Assembly: GCA_053919585.1 (NCBI GenBank)
Contig: CM132807.1
DNA from: Euprymna scolopes
Lineage: Eukaryota
Length of the DNA stretch: 64,000 bases
Direction: 5' to 3' (one strand)
Position numbers and translations under genes: made by a program. Below the pieces are notes generated by a model. The model saw only the letters and a program-made list of their open reading frames with translations, was not told the origin of the DNA and made no database searches. Below, piece by piece: positions 38,520-50,900 of the stretch. The number at the start of each line of letters is the position of its first letter. Position 1 is the first letter of the stretch.

Positions 38520-38745
38520 AGGTGGCTGACTGTAGTCGAGGGAGATTCAAAGGCTCCCTTTTCATTGGCTGCTACATCCAGGTGGAGGGAAGCGCGCCAC
38601 TCCACTCCCAGTATTATTCTATTTGCCTTAGATCCTCTTCTTATAATGCTAAATGGCATCGGATACAATTTTTAAGTCTTTAGTATGATTTGGCTAAGGA
38701 TTGAACCCCGAGCTACTAGCCCATTAGCGAACATTATCATCATTA
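38520..38745 (-). mobile_element. tRNA-derived SINE-like repeat
   Basis: Minus strand has gttcgctaatgggctagtagctcggggttcaatcct (B-box-like) followed by a repeat-like body. Confidence 0.4.
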
Positions 38746-38908
38746 TAGCAAATGTGGTCTCCATCAATTCAGTGTTTTGANNNNNNNNNNNNNNNNNNNN
38801 NNNNNNNNNNNNNNNNNNNNNNNNNNNNNNNNNNNNNNNNNNNNNNNNNNNNNNNNNNNNNNNNNNNNNNNNNNNNNNNNNNNNNNNNNNNNNNNNNNNN
38901 NNNNNNNN

Positions 38909-40290
38909 ATTCTTGAACAGACCAATAATAAACGAAAACGTGAAATACTAGAAGCATTACAAATAAAATTAAAAAAAAAAAAAAGAAAGACAACTATTAA
39001 TAAAATAAACTTTACAAATAGTAATAATTTCCTGAAGGAAAGAAAGGCCGTAAATGACAAAGTTCTCTCTGATTCTCTTTCCTCTGATCTTTAGCGCGTA
39101 GTACAGTTGGGGAAGAGGTGGCTGGTTACTTTTAATGCATCTAACACCAAGTTCCTATCTTTACATCATCAACTCTCTGATCCCCATCTGGCATCAAATG
39201 AAATGGATGGCTCTCGTCTAGGGGAAGCTCCATGTTTTGATAAGCTTCTGGGCTTGACCTTTACTCCTGACCTGAAATGGAACACGTACATCAAGTCAGT
39301 TGCCAAGGTCGCTGGAAAAATGGTAGGATCCTTCTACCGTTCCAGAAGATATCTCACCCCTGATGCAATTCTCTATCTATATAAAAGCCAAGTACGTCCA
39401 AGGATGGAGTACTGCTGCCACATCTGAGTAGGAGCTGCTAAAAACAGCCTATCCTGCATTGACAGAGTACAAAATAGGCTTCGTGGCTTAGTGGGGGATG
39501 CCATTTTCTCTTCCCTGCAACCTTTCTTCCACAGGAGAGACGTTGCGAGCCTGTCTTTGTTTTATCGTTACTTCCATGGCAAGTGCTCGTCTGAGCTCCA
39601 GTCTCTGGTCCCCCCTCGCCAATCTTTCACGATAAAAACCCGTCTAGCTGAAACCACTGTTAAAAATTTTTACCACTCTTTCTCTGTGCCAAAACCAAAA
39701 CGTAGATTCCATGAACAAAGCTTCTTCCTTAGAAGTGCACGCCTGTGAAACTCTGTGCCGTTTGTCTGTTTCCCATCTGACTACAACCTGGATGTCAACA
39801 TAAACAAATTCCTGATGAACGGCCCCCTTAAGTAAGACACTTTATCAAATCTCCAATACTAACGTGCTGTACACGCAATAACTCTTATCCCCGAGTGGCT
39901 TCCAGGCCTTGATAAGTGGTGACTACCTTGTAAAAAAAAAGTGTTTGCAAGGTTATTTATTTTAATAGCTTTGCAAATATTTCAGGATGCTATTAATTAT
40001 AACCAATGGATAAAATAAATAAATAAATAAAATAAAATAATTAACCAATGGGAAAAGAAAAGAGAAAAAAAAGTATATAAATGATTCAAATCTAGTTAGA
40101 TTAATTTATCCCTGACGATTAATCCTGAAGGATTGGACAGTACTCGGACTTATGATAAATATGGTGATTATATCAGCCAGTTCGTGCCAGAAGTGAAGAC
40201 TGTTATTCGGAAGTTGAAAAGGATCGAAAATAGAATGAATAGACAAAGAACGTTTATTTTATTTAATGAAATGTGCCTTAGAGAAAAAAA
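38909..40290 (+). mobile_element. Penelope-like element 3' end and pseudo-LTR, split by a LINE insertion
   Basis: Endonuclease C-terminus ILEQTNNKRKREILEALQIK...TINK; NFLK|CL rejoins across the LINE; degenerate hammerhead at 40109-40149; PLE-like N-terminus VIRKLKRI...FILFNEMCLRE at ~40152-40286. Confidence 0.6.
39037..39940 (+). mobile_element. 5'-truncated CR1/Jockey-group LINE (RT C-terminus and 3' tail)
   Basis: WLVTFNASNTK, LGLTFTPDLKW, LYKSQVRPRMEYCCHI and HRRDVASLSLFYRYFHG motifs with stops; ends in an A-run at 39932-39940. Confidence 0.85.
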
Positions 40291-40419
40291 AAAAATTTTT
40301 TAATTATTACGGACTATATAATTTAAATTAATTTAAAAAAATTAATAATAATGAATTCCAATTAAATAATACAGAAAAAATGCTGCACATATATATATAA
40401 TTTTCAAAATGTGAGAGAT

Positions 40420-40498
<79 letters not shown>

Positions 40499-40749
40499 AT
40501 AGGATGGAAAAAAAAAGACGACATAATTTCATTTCCGTTCTATGAATAAACTTTTCTTTTTTTTTTTTTTCAGACAATCTACTAGTTGACCAGTTGTGTA
40601 TAAATCGGGTGATAGGTGCCTACTATCATATCTTAAAGTAACACAATGTTCAACGAGCGAGATCGGAGATGAGCCGCTGTTACTAGCAGTGTCAGAAATC
40701 GTCGGTAAAAATTTGCAGTAAACACTGGAATATTTAGACTTACTGTCTT

Positions 40750-42108
40750 TCAAAGCTGATAACTTCTTGAAAAATATAATTCAAACCCTAATTTTTTTTT
40801 TTAATTAAAGGAGCAAAGAACAAAATTTAATAAAAAAAAAAATAAATAACAGGTTTAATAGCAAATTATGCAATATTTGTTTTTTAAATCGTTTTTTTCT
40901 TTAAGATTTAAAGTAAATCAACGAAATTTTACTTCTTTCGATTATAAAAAATATATATAAATTCCAAAAAAATCACTTACCTATAAAAACTACTATTCGA
41001 TGAGTAGTTCAATTGTTAAGAATTTATCCATATTTATACTTATATTCCATGTCCTTTTTAAATAAAATACTTTTTTTAAACAAGGATTAAAAAAAAAAAA
41101 AAAACGCGAACTCACATTTTTTTTTTAACTGTTCAAATAAAGGGAGACAAGTCTGATTTTATTCGCCTTTATATTCCGGCGCCTTAAAGGGACATAATTT
41201 ATATGCCTTTTTAATGCTTGCTGTAAACTAAAATTAGTATTTTGGTCCTTCGTAGCTAAAAAACTAAATGCATTCACTTATAAAGACCAGTTGACCGATT
41301 TTTTAATTTTTTTTTTGTTCTCTTAATGAAATACATGAGATTTTCATTGATATATTTTAATACTTCTTAATCGACTGAATTTTTTTATATCTAAAAAAAG
41401 AAAATATTGAATGAAATAGAAAAAAAAAATTGTCGTAAGCGTCTCATATTTACTTGACATGCTAAGCATAACATAAACTTCCACTTAAAAAAAAAATCAA
41501 CGTGGTTAAAAACGGGGGGGGGGTTACACTTTGAACTTTACATGTAAATTTCCAAAAAACACTTCTTCTTTTTTTGTTTGTAATTAGAATATTTTCTTTG
41601 TTGATCTTTTATCTTCAATTTGTGATATATAAAACTCTGGTGAGTAAATTAATTATTTAAATTCTAATAGACATTTCAAAATGGGGGGGGGGTGAATTGA
41701 AAAAAAAAACGTTTGTCTAAAATATTATATTTGGTTTATTGGAAAGAGTATAAAATTTCACATTGACCCTGAAAATATCATAAAAATTGAACTAATAGAA
41801 AAATTTTGATAGATTTTAAAATTTTTAAAATTGAAAAATATTTAACTCGTAAAATTCAATTGATTTCATTACATAAAAAAAATGGCCGCATGACGGCTCG
41901 CCGGCACTTTGTAGACACTGTTTGTTTGTTTTTAATAAAAAATGATATTTCTATTATTCTTTAAACAACTTTAAAAGTTTATTTTGGAAGTATATTCCAT
42001 AAAGAAAATAAACAACTCACTTTAAAAAGAGAAATTACGAGATTTTTATATTTTATTCGCAATTTTGTGTTAGAGGTATCAAAAATTCCCTCAAAATTCT
42101 GATACACC
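40750..42108 (+). repeat. Dispersed non-coding repeat, second copy at 56280-57270
   Basis: Shared blocks aagct(g/t)ataact..., cgtttgtctaaaatattatatt, gagaaattacgagatttttata and aaaattctgatac. Confidence 0.7.
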
Positions 42109-42109
42109 T

Positions 42110-42802
42110 ACCGCTGTACCACTCATGCTCTCTACCTATCCAAGTTATGAAAACAGGACCATTTCCAGCACCCTCAAAATGCAAATTCGGACGGCTCAAC
42201 GTTTAAGGGCACAGCTCAACGAAGTTTCCGGCCACGGTTATGGTCGTTGTGTATGTTTCAAGTGAGGGCCACATCAAACCATCTCACATCTTCGAAGTCG
42301 ACTTGAAAGTCAACACCAAATTGTACCTGGATGTGCTGAAGAAGATCTCTGATGCAATCAGGTGGCTACTGACAGACAGTAGCTGTAACAGCAGGGCTCG
42401 GTGCTGGCCCGCAAGTCCAGAGAGACCCAGGCTTGGCTTCAGAAGGCGTGCTAGGACTTTGTACCCGTCTCTTACTAGCCTCCTCCTCCTCCTCCTCCTC
42501 CTCCAACCTGAATCCGCTGGACTACTTTGTTTGGTCATACGTCGCGAACATCACCAACATGACCTCCCACGAAACCAAGCTAATCTAATCGCCGATATCC
42601 GCCGAGTATTCGCCGAGCTTCCGTTGGCGCTTGTGGAAAAACCATGCTTCCAGTTCCGGACCCGTATTGAATCGGTAATTGAGGCTTAAGGCAGCTACAT
42701 TGAATAGATGTCAGCTCTACTACATAATCAAGTTATCTGAATTGATCTTTTCAATAAAAGTTTTAAAATAAAGCTGTAGTGTTCATTTCTTTGGGGCAAC
42801 AA
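42110..42802 (+). mobile_element. Tc1/mariner transposon relic
   Basis: VSSEGHIKPSHIFEVDLKVNTKLYLDVLK plus a frameshifted LNPLDYFVW-type segment; homologous to 23789-24620. Confidence 0.8.
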
Positions 42803-42970
42803 NNNNNNNNNNNNNNNNNNNNNNNNNNNNNNNNNNNNNNNNNNNNNNNNNNNNNNNNNNNNNNNNNNNNNNNNNNNNNNNNNNNNNNNNNNNNNNNNNN
42901 NNNNNNNNNNNNNNNNNNNNNNNNNNNNNNNNNNNNNNNNNNNNNNNNNNNNNNNNNNNNNNNNNNNNNN

Positions 42971-43535
42971 CCAAATTTTAACATAATGAATTTAAAAAAT
43001 AAAAAGTGAAAAAGCTAGCTGACCGGCTTCGTACCTCTCTCAACAGAGCTAAATCGAGGTATAAGTACGATTTTTAAAAAATAAATGAAAGGGAAATATG
43101 GCGGAAACGCAGAAAAAAAAACGAGAGAAAGAATAAAAAGCAGGGAAATAATCAAATAGAAAACACATTAAAACCTAAAAAAAAAAATTTTTTTACTTAC
43201 AAAGAGAAGGTCCTTTTTCTCCATTCTGAACAAGTCAGACTTGTTTGTCATCATAAAATTCTAGAAACCACCTAAAGCGTTTTTATTTCTATTTTAAGAC
43301 CATATCTTTGTAAGCAAAAAGAAAATCTTTTGGGATTCAATGTGCTTTCTATTTGATTCTTTCTTTGCTTTTTATATTTTCCCTCTCTTTTACTGCGTTC
43401 CCGCCATATTTTCCTTTCATATTATGTTTTTAATCGTACTTATACCTCGATTTAGCTCTGTGGAGTGTGGTCCGAAACCGGTCAGCTAGCTTTTTCACTT
43501 TTTATTTTATAAATTCATCTTGTTAAAATTTGTTC
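42971..43535. repeat. Long foldback carrying a degenerate hammerhead in each arm
   Basis: ~230-bp inverted arms; tagct-CTGTGGA...GAAA-ccgg-TC-agcta at ~43453-43488 and its inverse at ~43016-43051. Confidence 0.65.
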
Positions 43536-44791
43536 AATATTCAGCTATCATAAAATTCTTTACCACGAAAAGATATTCAAATATATACTTGAAAATATAT
43601 GACGTCACAAAATGTGCTTCATTTCAAAATTTGCCAGAAAGCTAATATTCATTCTTCATGTCGTATTTCATTTTTAAGTAAATACTTAATTTCAAAACTA
43701 TGATCATCAACAAATATCAAAGTTGCAAAATTTAATACTTATATAACAAATACTGACCCAGTGGGTCACGGATGGTTTAGTATACTACAAAAAAAGTCTG
43801 TGGTTCTTGCCTGTTATCTTGCTTGCTTTTCAGCGTTCATCTAATTTTATACATTAGCATGTTGTATAAAAGGATTATCTCCCCTTATTCTTTAGTGCTT
43901 TGGAAGTTCCTGAAAATGTTAACATTTGTGATCATTTTGGTGGAGAGATTCATATGTCGAAATATTTCTGCTCCAATTAATCCATTTTTGGAATTTATAG
44001 GGAAATGTTTCCAAAATGTCAGTACGTTTTAATTGAAAGATGTAACAATTTTATAGCAAACTAAGTGCACTAAAACCAAAATGGCTTCTGTCATTATGAC
44101 ATAACTTTAATTGGTTTCGCTAAACTTAGGTAATTACGTGTGATTTTGCGAGAGTTTTTGTATGGAGGAGGCTTGTCACTTGGACTTAGGGTTGCCGGTA
44201 ACGTAGGTCACTTGTTAAACTATTTTATTACAAGCGTGAAACACTCACCCTAAGCCACAGGGCGCTATCTTATCTTTTTTTTTTTTTTTTTTTTAGCGCA
44301 AAGATACTTTTGAACGAAATAAAAATAAATACAGAAATTAAGTAAAAAACTGAAAAAGTTTCAGCATGTTAAAGACATACAGATCGGCAGATAATAATTA
44401 AATTGTCCTGTGTTTTATATGAGTCATGTAGTTTTTGCGTGTGTGATATTTTTACGGTTTCTCGAGTGTTATCTATTGTGCATTTTTGTCGATTATCTAG
44501 AGTTTCCAACAGAGAGTAAGAGGGGACAAATAAATTAAAACAAATATCACAAAAATAACTGGTACCAAAGGCAATAAAAGTTAGATTTCTACCTACCTCC
44601 CTATTTATTTGTGTGCGTGTTCAAAAAAAATATTTTAAAGTACTTTTTTATTTATATTTTCATTCCTACATTCGTAGGCCTTGTAAACCCGACTAATTGA
44701 AGATGGTGCCGGGTTTTACTCGATGTGAAACCTCGATGCCATAGATTTAACTTAAAAATTCGAAAATTAAACAAAAAATAAAACTAATAAC

Positions 44792-44848
<57 letters not shown>

Positions 44849-45466
44849 CTGGGAAGTTGTTTGGTGAACTTTTTCGCTATTCAATGAAACATGTTTAAGA
44901 CGTACTACATAACCATATGAATAAAATTCTATGAGTGCGAAATAAATATATCNNNNNNNNNNNNNNNNNNNNNNNNNNNNNNNNNNNNNNNNNNNNNNNN
45001 NNNNNNNNNNNNNNNNNNNNNNNNNNNNNNNNNNNNNNNNNNNNNNNNNNNNNNNNNNNNNNNNNNNNNNNNNNNNNNNNNNNNNNNNNNNNNNNNNNNN
45101 NNNNNNNNNNNNNNNNNNNNNNNNNNNNNNNNNNNNNNNNNNNNNNNNNNNNNNNNNNNNNNNNNNNNNNNNNNNNNNNNNNNNNNNNNNNNNNNNNNNN
45201 NNNNNNNNNNNNNNNNNNAATTTCGGCGCCATCTTTTAATACGTCAGGTTTACAAAGCTCCGAATGCAAAGATGAAAATGCTAAATAAAATAAAATAAAT
45301 ACGAGGGTAAGAAAAAAGGTAACTTTTATTGCCTTTGGTAACAGTTGTTTGTTAATTTCTCTTTTTTTCTCAACCCTTTCTCTCTTTCTCTCTCTCTCTC
45401 CCTCCCTCCCTCTCTGTTGAAAGTTCGAGACAGTCGCCTATATATTTTATCTAGCGATATTTGACC

Positions 45467-46096
45467 TCATTTCACTGTCCTGAGAGTGTTTCTCCAAACA
45501 TATGTGTTCATTTTGTCTCCTGCCAGGTAGAGTACCGTTATGATTGGCCCCATTGCAGTATACAGTAAACGACGGATGTTTATCGTGAACGAATCCGTAA
45601 GGAAATAGAACTGGTTCCATTTTTTAGACCCCATATAATAGGTGTACGTCTGATAGGCTGTCGTCAACAGAAATATGCACGTCAGGTGCAATTTCGTGTT
45701 AAAATAAGGATGGTAAATTGTGAATTTCTCGAAGATTGCAATAGCCGGAAGAATTGTCAAGACAAAGTTGGTAAAAGAAAACGATTTCTCGAATGCTGTG
45801 ATGGTCCATAATGAAACGAGCATGTACAGAGATAAAGGGAAGATAACTGCGTTATAAAAGTGCGACAAGATGGCACGCAATTTCAGTGAGTTTCTGCTTG
45901 TCGCCAAACTGATGTCGTAGGCAACGCTGAGAAGAAGGAATGCGGACACGAGCAATTGGTTCCAGTTTGTGAGAAACAAAAAATGATAGCGAATCTCTGC
46001 CCATATTCCAGGCGCGTTCTTTATCAACGAACCGACGACAATCGTAAAAGATAACACGTGAAAAAAAAGGCGAAACAAAATCAACCATCGATCCAT
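45467..46096 (-). CDS. AIG1/ADTRP (FAR-17a) family multi-pass membrane protein
   Basis: 209-aa hydrophobic ORF; FLFLTNWN (family FLT motif), AVIFPL...LW, FE...HPY and YLAGDKMNTYVW match AIG1-family motifs recalled from human AIG1 (FLTF, AFPV...FW, IE...HQYP, YLLGEVLNNYIW). Confidence 0.85.
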   Translation of the reverse strand: MDRWLILFRLFFHVLSFTIVVGSLIKNAPGIWAEIRYHFLFLTNWNQLLVSAFLLLSVAYDISLATSRNSLKLRAILSHFYNAVIFPLSLYMLVSLWTITAFEKSFSFTNFVLTILPAIAIFEKFTIYHPYFNTKLHLTCIFLLTTAYQTYTYYMGSKKWNQFYFLTDSFTINIRRLLYTAMGPIITVLYLAGDKMNTYVWRNTLRTVK

Positions 46097-46213
46097 CAGC
46101 TATCAAGTATTCTCATAAATGCAATTAGAAGCCTCGCATCGAAGTTGCAAATTATCGAATTGTTCATCGACCTTTAAGACCTCGCAAAAAAAAAAAAAAC
46201 AGTTAATGCATTG

Positions 46214-46251
46214 TTACGTCAAAAAAAGATATGACGTAATAAATGACGTCA
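46214..46251 (-). promoter_or_regulatory. Cluster of three CRE/ATF-like sites upstream of the AIG1-like gene
   Basis: ttacgtca (46214), tgacgtaa (46232) and tgacgtca (46244), ~120-155 bp upstream of the ATG. Confidence 0.35.
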
Positions 46252-46806
46252 GTATCTTATTCCAATTTTATCGTTGAATGATTATTTGGATTATTCGGAC
46301 CATCGTTTTCATCTTCGGTGTTCCTATTTACTTACCTCCCCACGAGGGCAGAATTAGACACAGGGTCAGTTTTTAATGTGGGGAAAATTCAGCTTCCCAA
46401 AAAGGGTACTCTCTCATAACATATCGGCGATGGGTAATGTTTAATAGAAGAGCCAATGCACGAACTGACAAAAAAAAAAAAAAAAAAAAAAAACATTGCA
46501 ACAGTTGGAATTTTTCAAATTTTTAAGTTTTTCGACATTACGTTTTAAAGCAAGAACTCGGTCAGTTTTCATGACAAATCAATAAATCTTACATTTTTAC
46601 CTATGTTTTCATGGTCAATCTTTCACATGAAATGTATGCCAATGATGTTGAATCATCTCTTATACTATATCTATGGTTATCCTAACTCTAACCTCGATTC
46701 ACATAAGTCACAATGTTTTTCCAAAAAGCTGTTCACACTTCCTCCTATAAAAATGACTACAATCAGAACTCGAAAAAAATTCAGTATATGTTGCTTTTAT
46801 TCAATA

Positions 46807-47646
46807 CTAGCTGAAGTACCCGGCGTTGCCAGGTTGTATTTGATATATTTGAATATTCGGTGCTAATGCACTTATTGATCCGCGCTATTTATAAAATAGC
46901 ATTTTCAAGTCTAATTAAAGTTTTATGATATCTGTTTATATTAAATTTCAAGGTTAAAGTATAGAATAGGTACAAAACACCCTCCCCCTCCTCATGTTAA
47001 GAATGGCTTTCTAAATAATACCGTTATTATTTCAGCACGGATCAATAAGTGCAGTAGTACAGAATATTCCGTCCTCGTGCATAATTATCTGATTTCCGGC
47101 AAAAAAAGTAATTGTCAAAAAATATAAGAAATTAAAAAAAAAAGTTATTTTCCAAGCTTGTAAAGAAATATTTTGATTTCTCCTGCCGCAAAATATGTTT
47201 AAATATATTTAAAATCGTGCAGATATTTGCATTTATTAATACAAAACATGATGGCAAAAGTTTTTTTTTAAAAAATGACTTGCTACCATCAGCTAGAATC
47301 GAAACCAAAATATTTCGTGTTCCAGCCGTATTCTCCACAGATGTTGGTATCGAGACAAAGACGCTAAGTCTAAATATTAACACATTTTTAATTAATTTTA
47401 TGTGCACATACGAAGAAAGAAGTATAAACATGTCGCCCAGGAGAAATAAACATGTCGCATTTCAACATGACGATATATGCCTGTATGCGTTATTTATCAA
47501 GCCAAACAAAGATTTTACATGTTATAAACCATCGTTGGTGTATAATTACTATTTCCTATTAATTTCGGTGTTATATGACCAATAGTTTACATGTTTACCT
47601 GTTAGATATTTACACACACATACATCTACTGTTTTATTTATATAGA
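46807..47646 (-). mobile_element. Non-autonomous Helitron-like element
   Basis: Minus strand A|TCTATA start; hairpin cctggcaacgccggg; CTAG|T end. Confidence 0.55.
46859..47061 (+). mobile_element. Short Merlin-like MITE
   Basis: TIRs ggtgctaatgcacttattgatccg/cggatcaataagtgcagtagtaca; perfect 8-bp TSD gaatattc. Confidence 0.7.
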
Positions 47647-47972
47647 TTATCTTATATATAATAGGTGCGTTGTGTGTGAGTGTGTGTGTGTGTGTGCGCG
47701 CGTGCATGTGTATGTGCGCACGCGCATGAGTGAGAGAAAGAGCGAGTAAGACAGTTTCTTGTAGACTCGGAAAGGGCTGGGCCGATTTATTTGAAATTTT
47801 GTACAAATGCATTTGAGTTTAGAAGCGTTATCACCGTAAAAGCAGAAGGGGCCGGCATATAAACCCAACAGTAAGTTCTTTCATAAGACATGGATACGTT
47901 CGGGATGAATGTTTCTGTTTAGAGCACAACTGAACCGTTATACTTTTGCATGTCATCTGGATTCATATATAT

Positions 47973-50900
47973 TGTTGACGCACCTCCATGGGATTAATGG
48001 ACTATCTCATTACGTCACTTCCTCTGGTGACGTCACTTCCGGTATCGAGTACCGGTGCTCGGCAGTCAGACTGGCACGCGACCATGCAGGTCGGGTGCAC
48101 ACGCCCAACCGTTGAGGAATGGTATTACTCAGCTCACTTTGCCTGTAATATATGTGAATACATCTGTAATATATGTGAATACATCTGTAATATATGTGAA
48201 TACATCTTTCGTTCCTAAAAATCCTGTGTTCCTTTCGTTTATTACCATTTAACCTCATAACAACTGGCGACGACGGATTCGACTTTCACACGGGTTAACT
48301 CCAAAAAAAAAAAAAACACACAAAATTCTAATTGACTTCAAAAGAACTTTGGATTTACAAGGTAAGAAGTTGGCTGGCAATTACGTTCTAAAAACGGAAG
48401 CCTAAAAAGAAAAAAAGAAAACGAACACATAGCAAAGTTATTGACTAAATTGTAAGTTAATCTTTTTGTCTCTATATTTAAATTGAAAAGAACTGTACTA
48501 AACGCATTTTGTTAAAGTCGTAAAAGTTTATTTGGTTGCTCATTGAAAGAAGAAAAAAGAGAAAAAAAAGAGAAAAATGTTGACCCAGTTTTCACCGCGA
48601 GAACAATTCTCTTGTAAACTGTCGAATGTTTATTCGTATGCAAATTTGGACATTTTTTCAACTGAAGTGAAAAGTTTTTTTGCCTTTGTTTTGTGCTGCT
48701 AACTTTATGCAATATTTTAACGGAAGAGAAATGTTTTCCTCCCCCTTTTCGTTTTACTTGGACTAAAAGAAAGATACTTTTTCATTGAGTGGAATTTTCT
48801 GAAATATTCTATTTTTAACTGTCGGTTCTAAAGTGAAAATCCTTTTTTCTTGCTATGTGGAGACAACTCCCTCCCCACAAACATAAAAAACGAGCCATTT
48901 TGGTTAACTGCCAGACAATTCCGCAATTATTTTTATTCTTTTGCAACTGTATTGTATCATAGTACATTTTTTTTCTTTTTTTGGTTAGCAAGTAAAAAGA
49001 TTTTTTGTCCGCCCTCATATTGGGTGATTTCTAAGGTTTTTACCAAGAAGTAAAGGACACATCGCTCCCTCCTCATATGCATACACTCAAGGAAAGGACA
49101 TTTTCGTTTTATTGTTGTTATTATTATTTTATCTCTCTTCTCCAGTCAAAAAGGAAATTTTTTTTCGTGCGTTTGGAAATGCCATTACAAGATGGAGGAG
49201 GTTAAAACAGTATTAATACAGCTAATCAATGATGAAATTTTAAATGGACGTGAAAAACAGCTCCAGTTACAATTTCAAGAGAGGCAACAAGCGTTGGAGG
49301 AGAGAATGCTACTTCAGCAACAGAGAAAAGAAGAGTTACTATTAAAAATATTTGATAAAATGGAACACAGGGACGACAGTTTTGCTTTTTCCCAAAGTAC
49401 AATATGGAACGCTATAGAAACGTTCAACTATCAAGCAGAGGACGTTTGACGCTTTTTATCGGAGATATGAGGACCTATTCACCGTGGATTGTCAAGAGTG
49501 GAGCAACACCAAGAAAGTTCGCCTACTTTTGAGGAAATTAGAGACCATAGAACATAGCAAGTTTGTGGATTATATTCTCCCCAGGGAAACGAGTGAATTG
49601 GAATTTTCTGAAGCGATCAAACTTTTATCCGAACTGTACAGCCCGAATTCTACGCTCTTTCATAGAAGATGGAAGTGCTTGAAACTGCAAAAAAGCGACG
49701 ACGACGATTACCTAACCTTCGCGTCCGTGGTAAATAAAAACTGCGGTGATTTCCGTCTATCTGACTTATCGGCAGATGTCTTCAAGTGCTTTATTTTGCG
49801 CAGGGTTGTTTCATCCAAAAACGCTGAGATTAGACAACGTGTTCTCTCCAGACTTGAGAGTGAACAGAGTCTCACCCTCCAGAAGTTGATTGTCAACGGG
49901 TAGTCTGTGTAAGGAACAACTCGAGACACGTCGAGGACTTAGGCGCAACATTCATTAGAAGGACGAACTTCAGACCGGAAAAAATATTCACCCTAAAAAA
50001 GCAAAGCTGGGAATAAGAAAACTCAGGCTACACCTAATAAGTACCACCGAGTAACAAGACCTGGATCCCCTACAATTCCTTGCTATCGCTGCGGTGGGAA
50101 ACATTGGTCGAGTCAATGTTTTTACAAACATAAGTACTGCAACGAATGTGGCAGGAAGGGCCACAAAGCAACTCAGAGCAGGAAGAACAAGTAAAGAACA
50201 GCGTCCGACAGACTAGATTCGACTTGGATTTGGATAAGAACCGGTGCAGATATGTCACAGTAAACATCGCAAATAAAACTGTGCATCTACAATTGGATTC
50301 CGGATCAGACTTGTCCATCATTAACCTTAAGACGTGAAAAAGGCTAAGGAAACCAACCATGTGGAAGACGAACAAATCAGCTTGAGCTTGTGATACTATA
50401 AAGTGACCCTGGGGTGGATTTGAGCCACTAAGTGCTGAGAGACAAAGGAAGAGTAAATAGCTTAGAATAAACAAAAAAATCGGAAATATCCTACAATCAA
50501 CAAGAGATAGGAAATAGCTTAGAATAAACAAAGAAATCGGAAATATCCTACAATCAGTGGTGGGGTGGGCGACCTGAGTGACGAAGACAGAGGAGACAGT
50601 CAGTAGAGATCTAGATGCGCTCGAAGGTGGATGGAAGTTGGACAGTCAGTTGAGATCTAGATGCGCTAGACGACGGTTGGAAGTTGATAACGATTACAGT
50701 TGAACAGTTATAGAGTTGATTGTGAAATAAAGTCGTGGACAATTTTAGAGTTGACTGTGAAACAGAGATAGACGAATGTAACATCAATAGATCGGGGAGA
50801 AGATACACGCACTCACAAGTCCAACAGTCAATTTATATGTCAACATTGGCGTTTGTGTTTTTCCTTTCTTTGTTTATATTTGTACTTTTGTGAAACCACG

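Noticed and set aside
44747-45288. Long ORFs containing X runs (also near 38770, 42770 and 55800)
   Set aside because: Artefacts of N gaps and microsatellites
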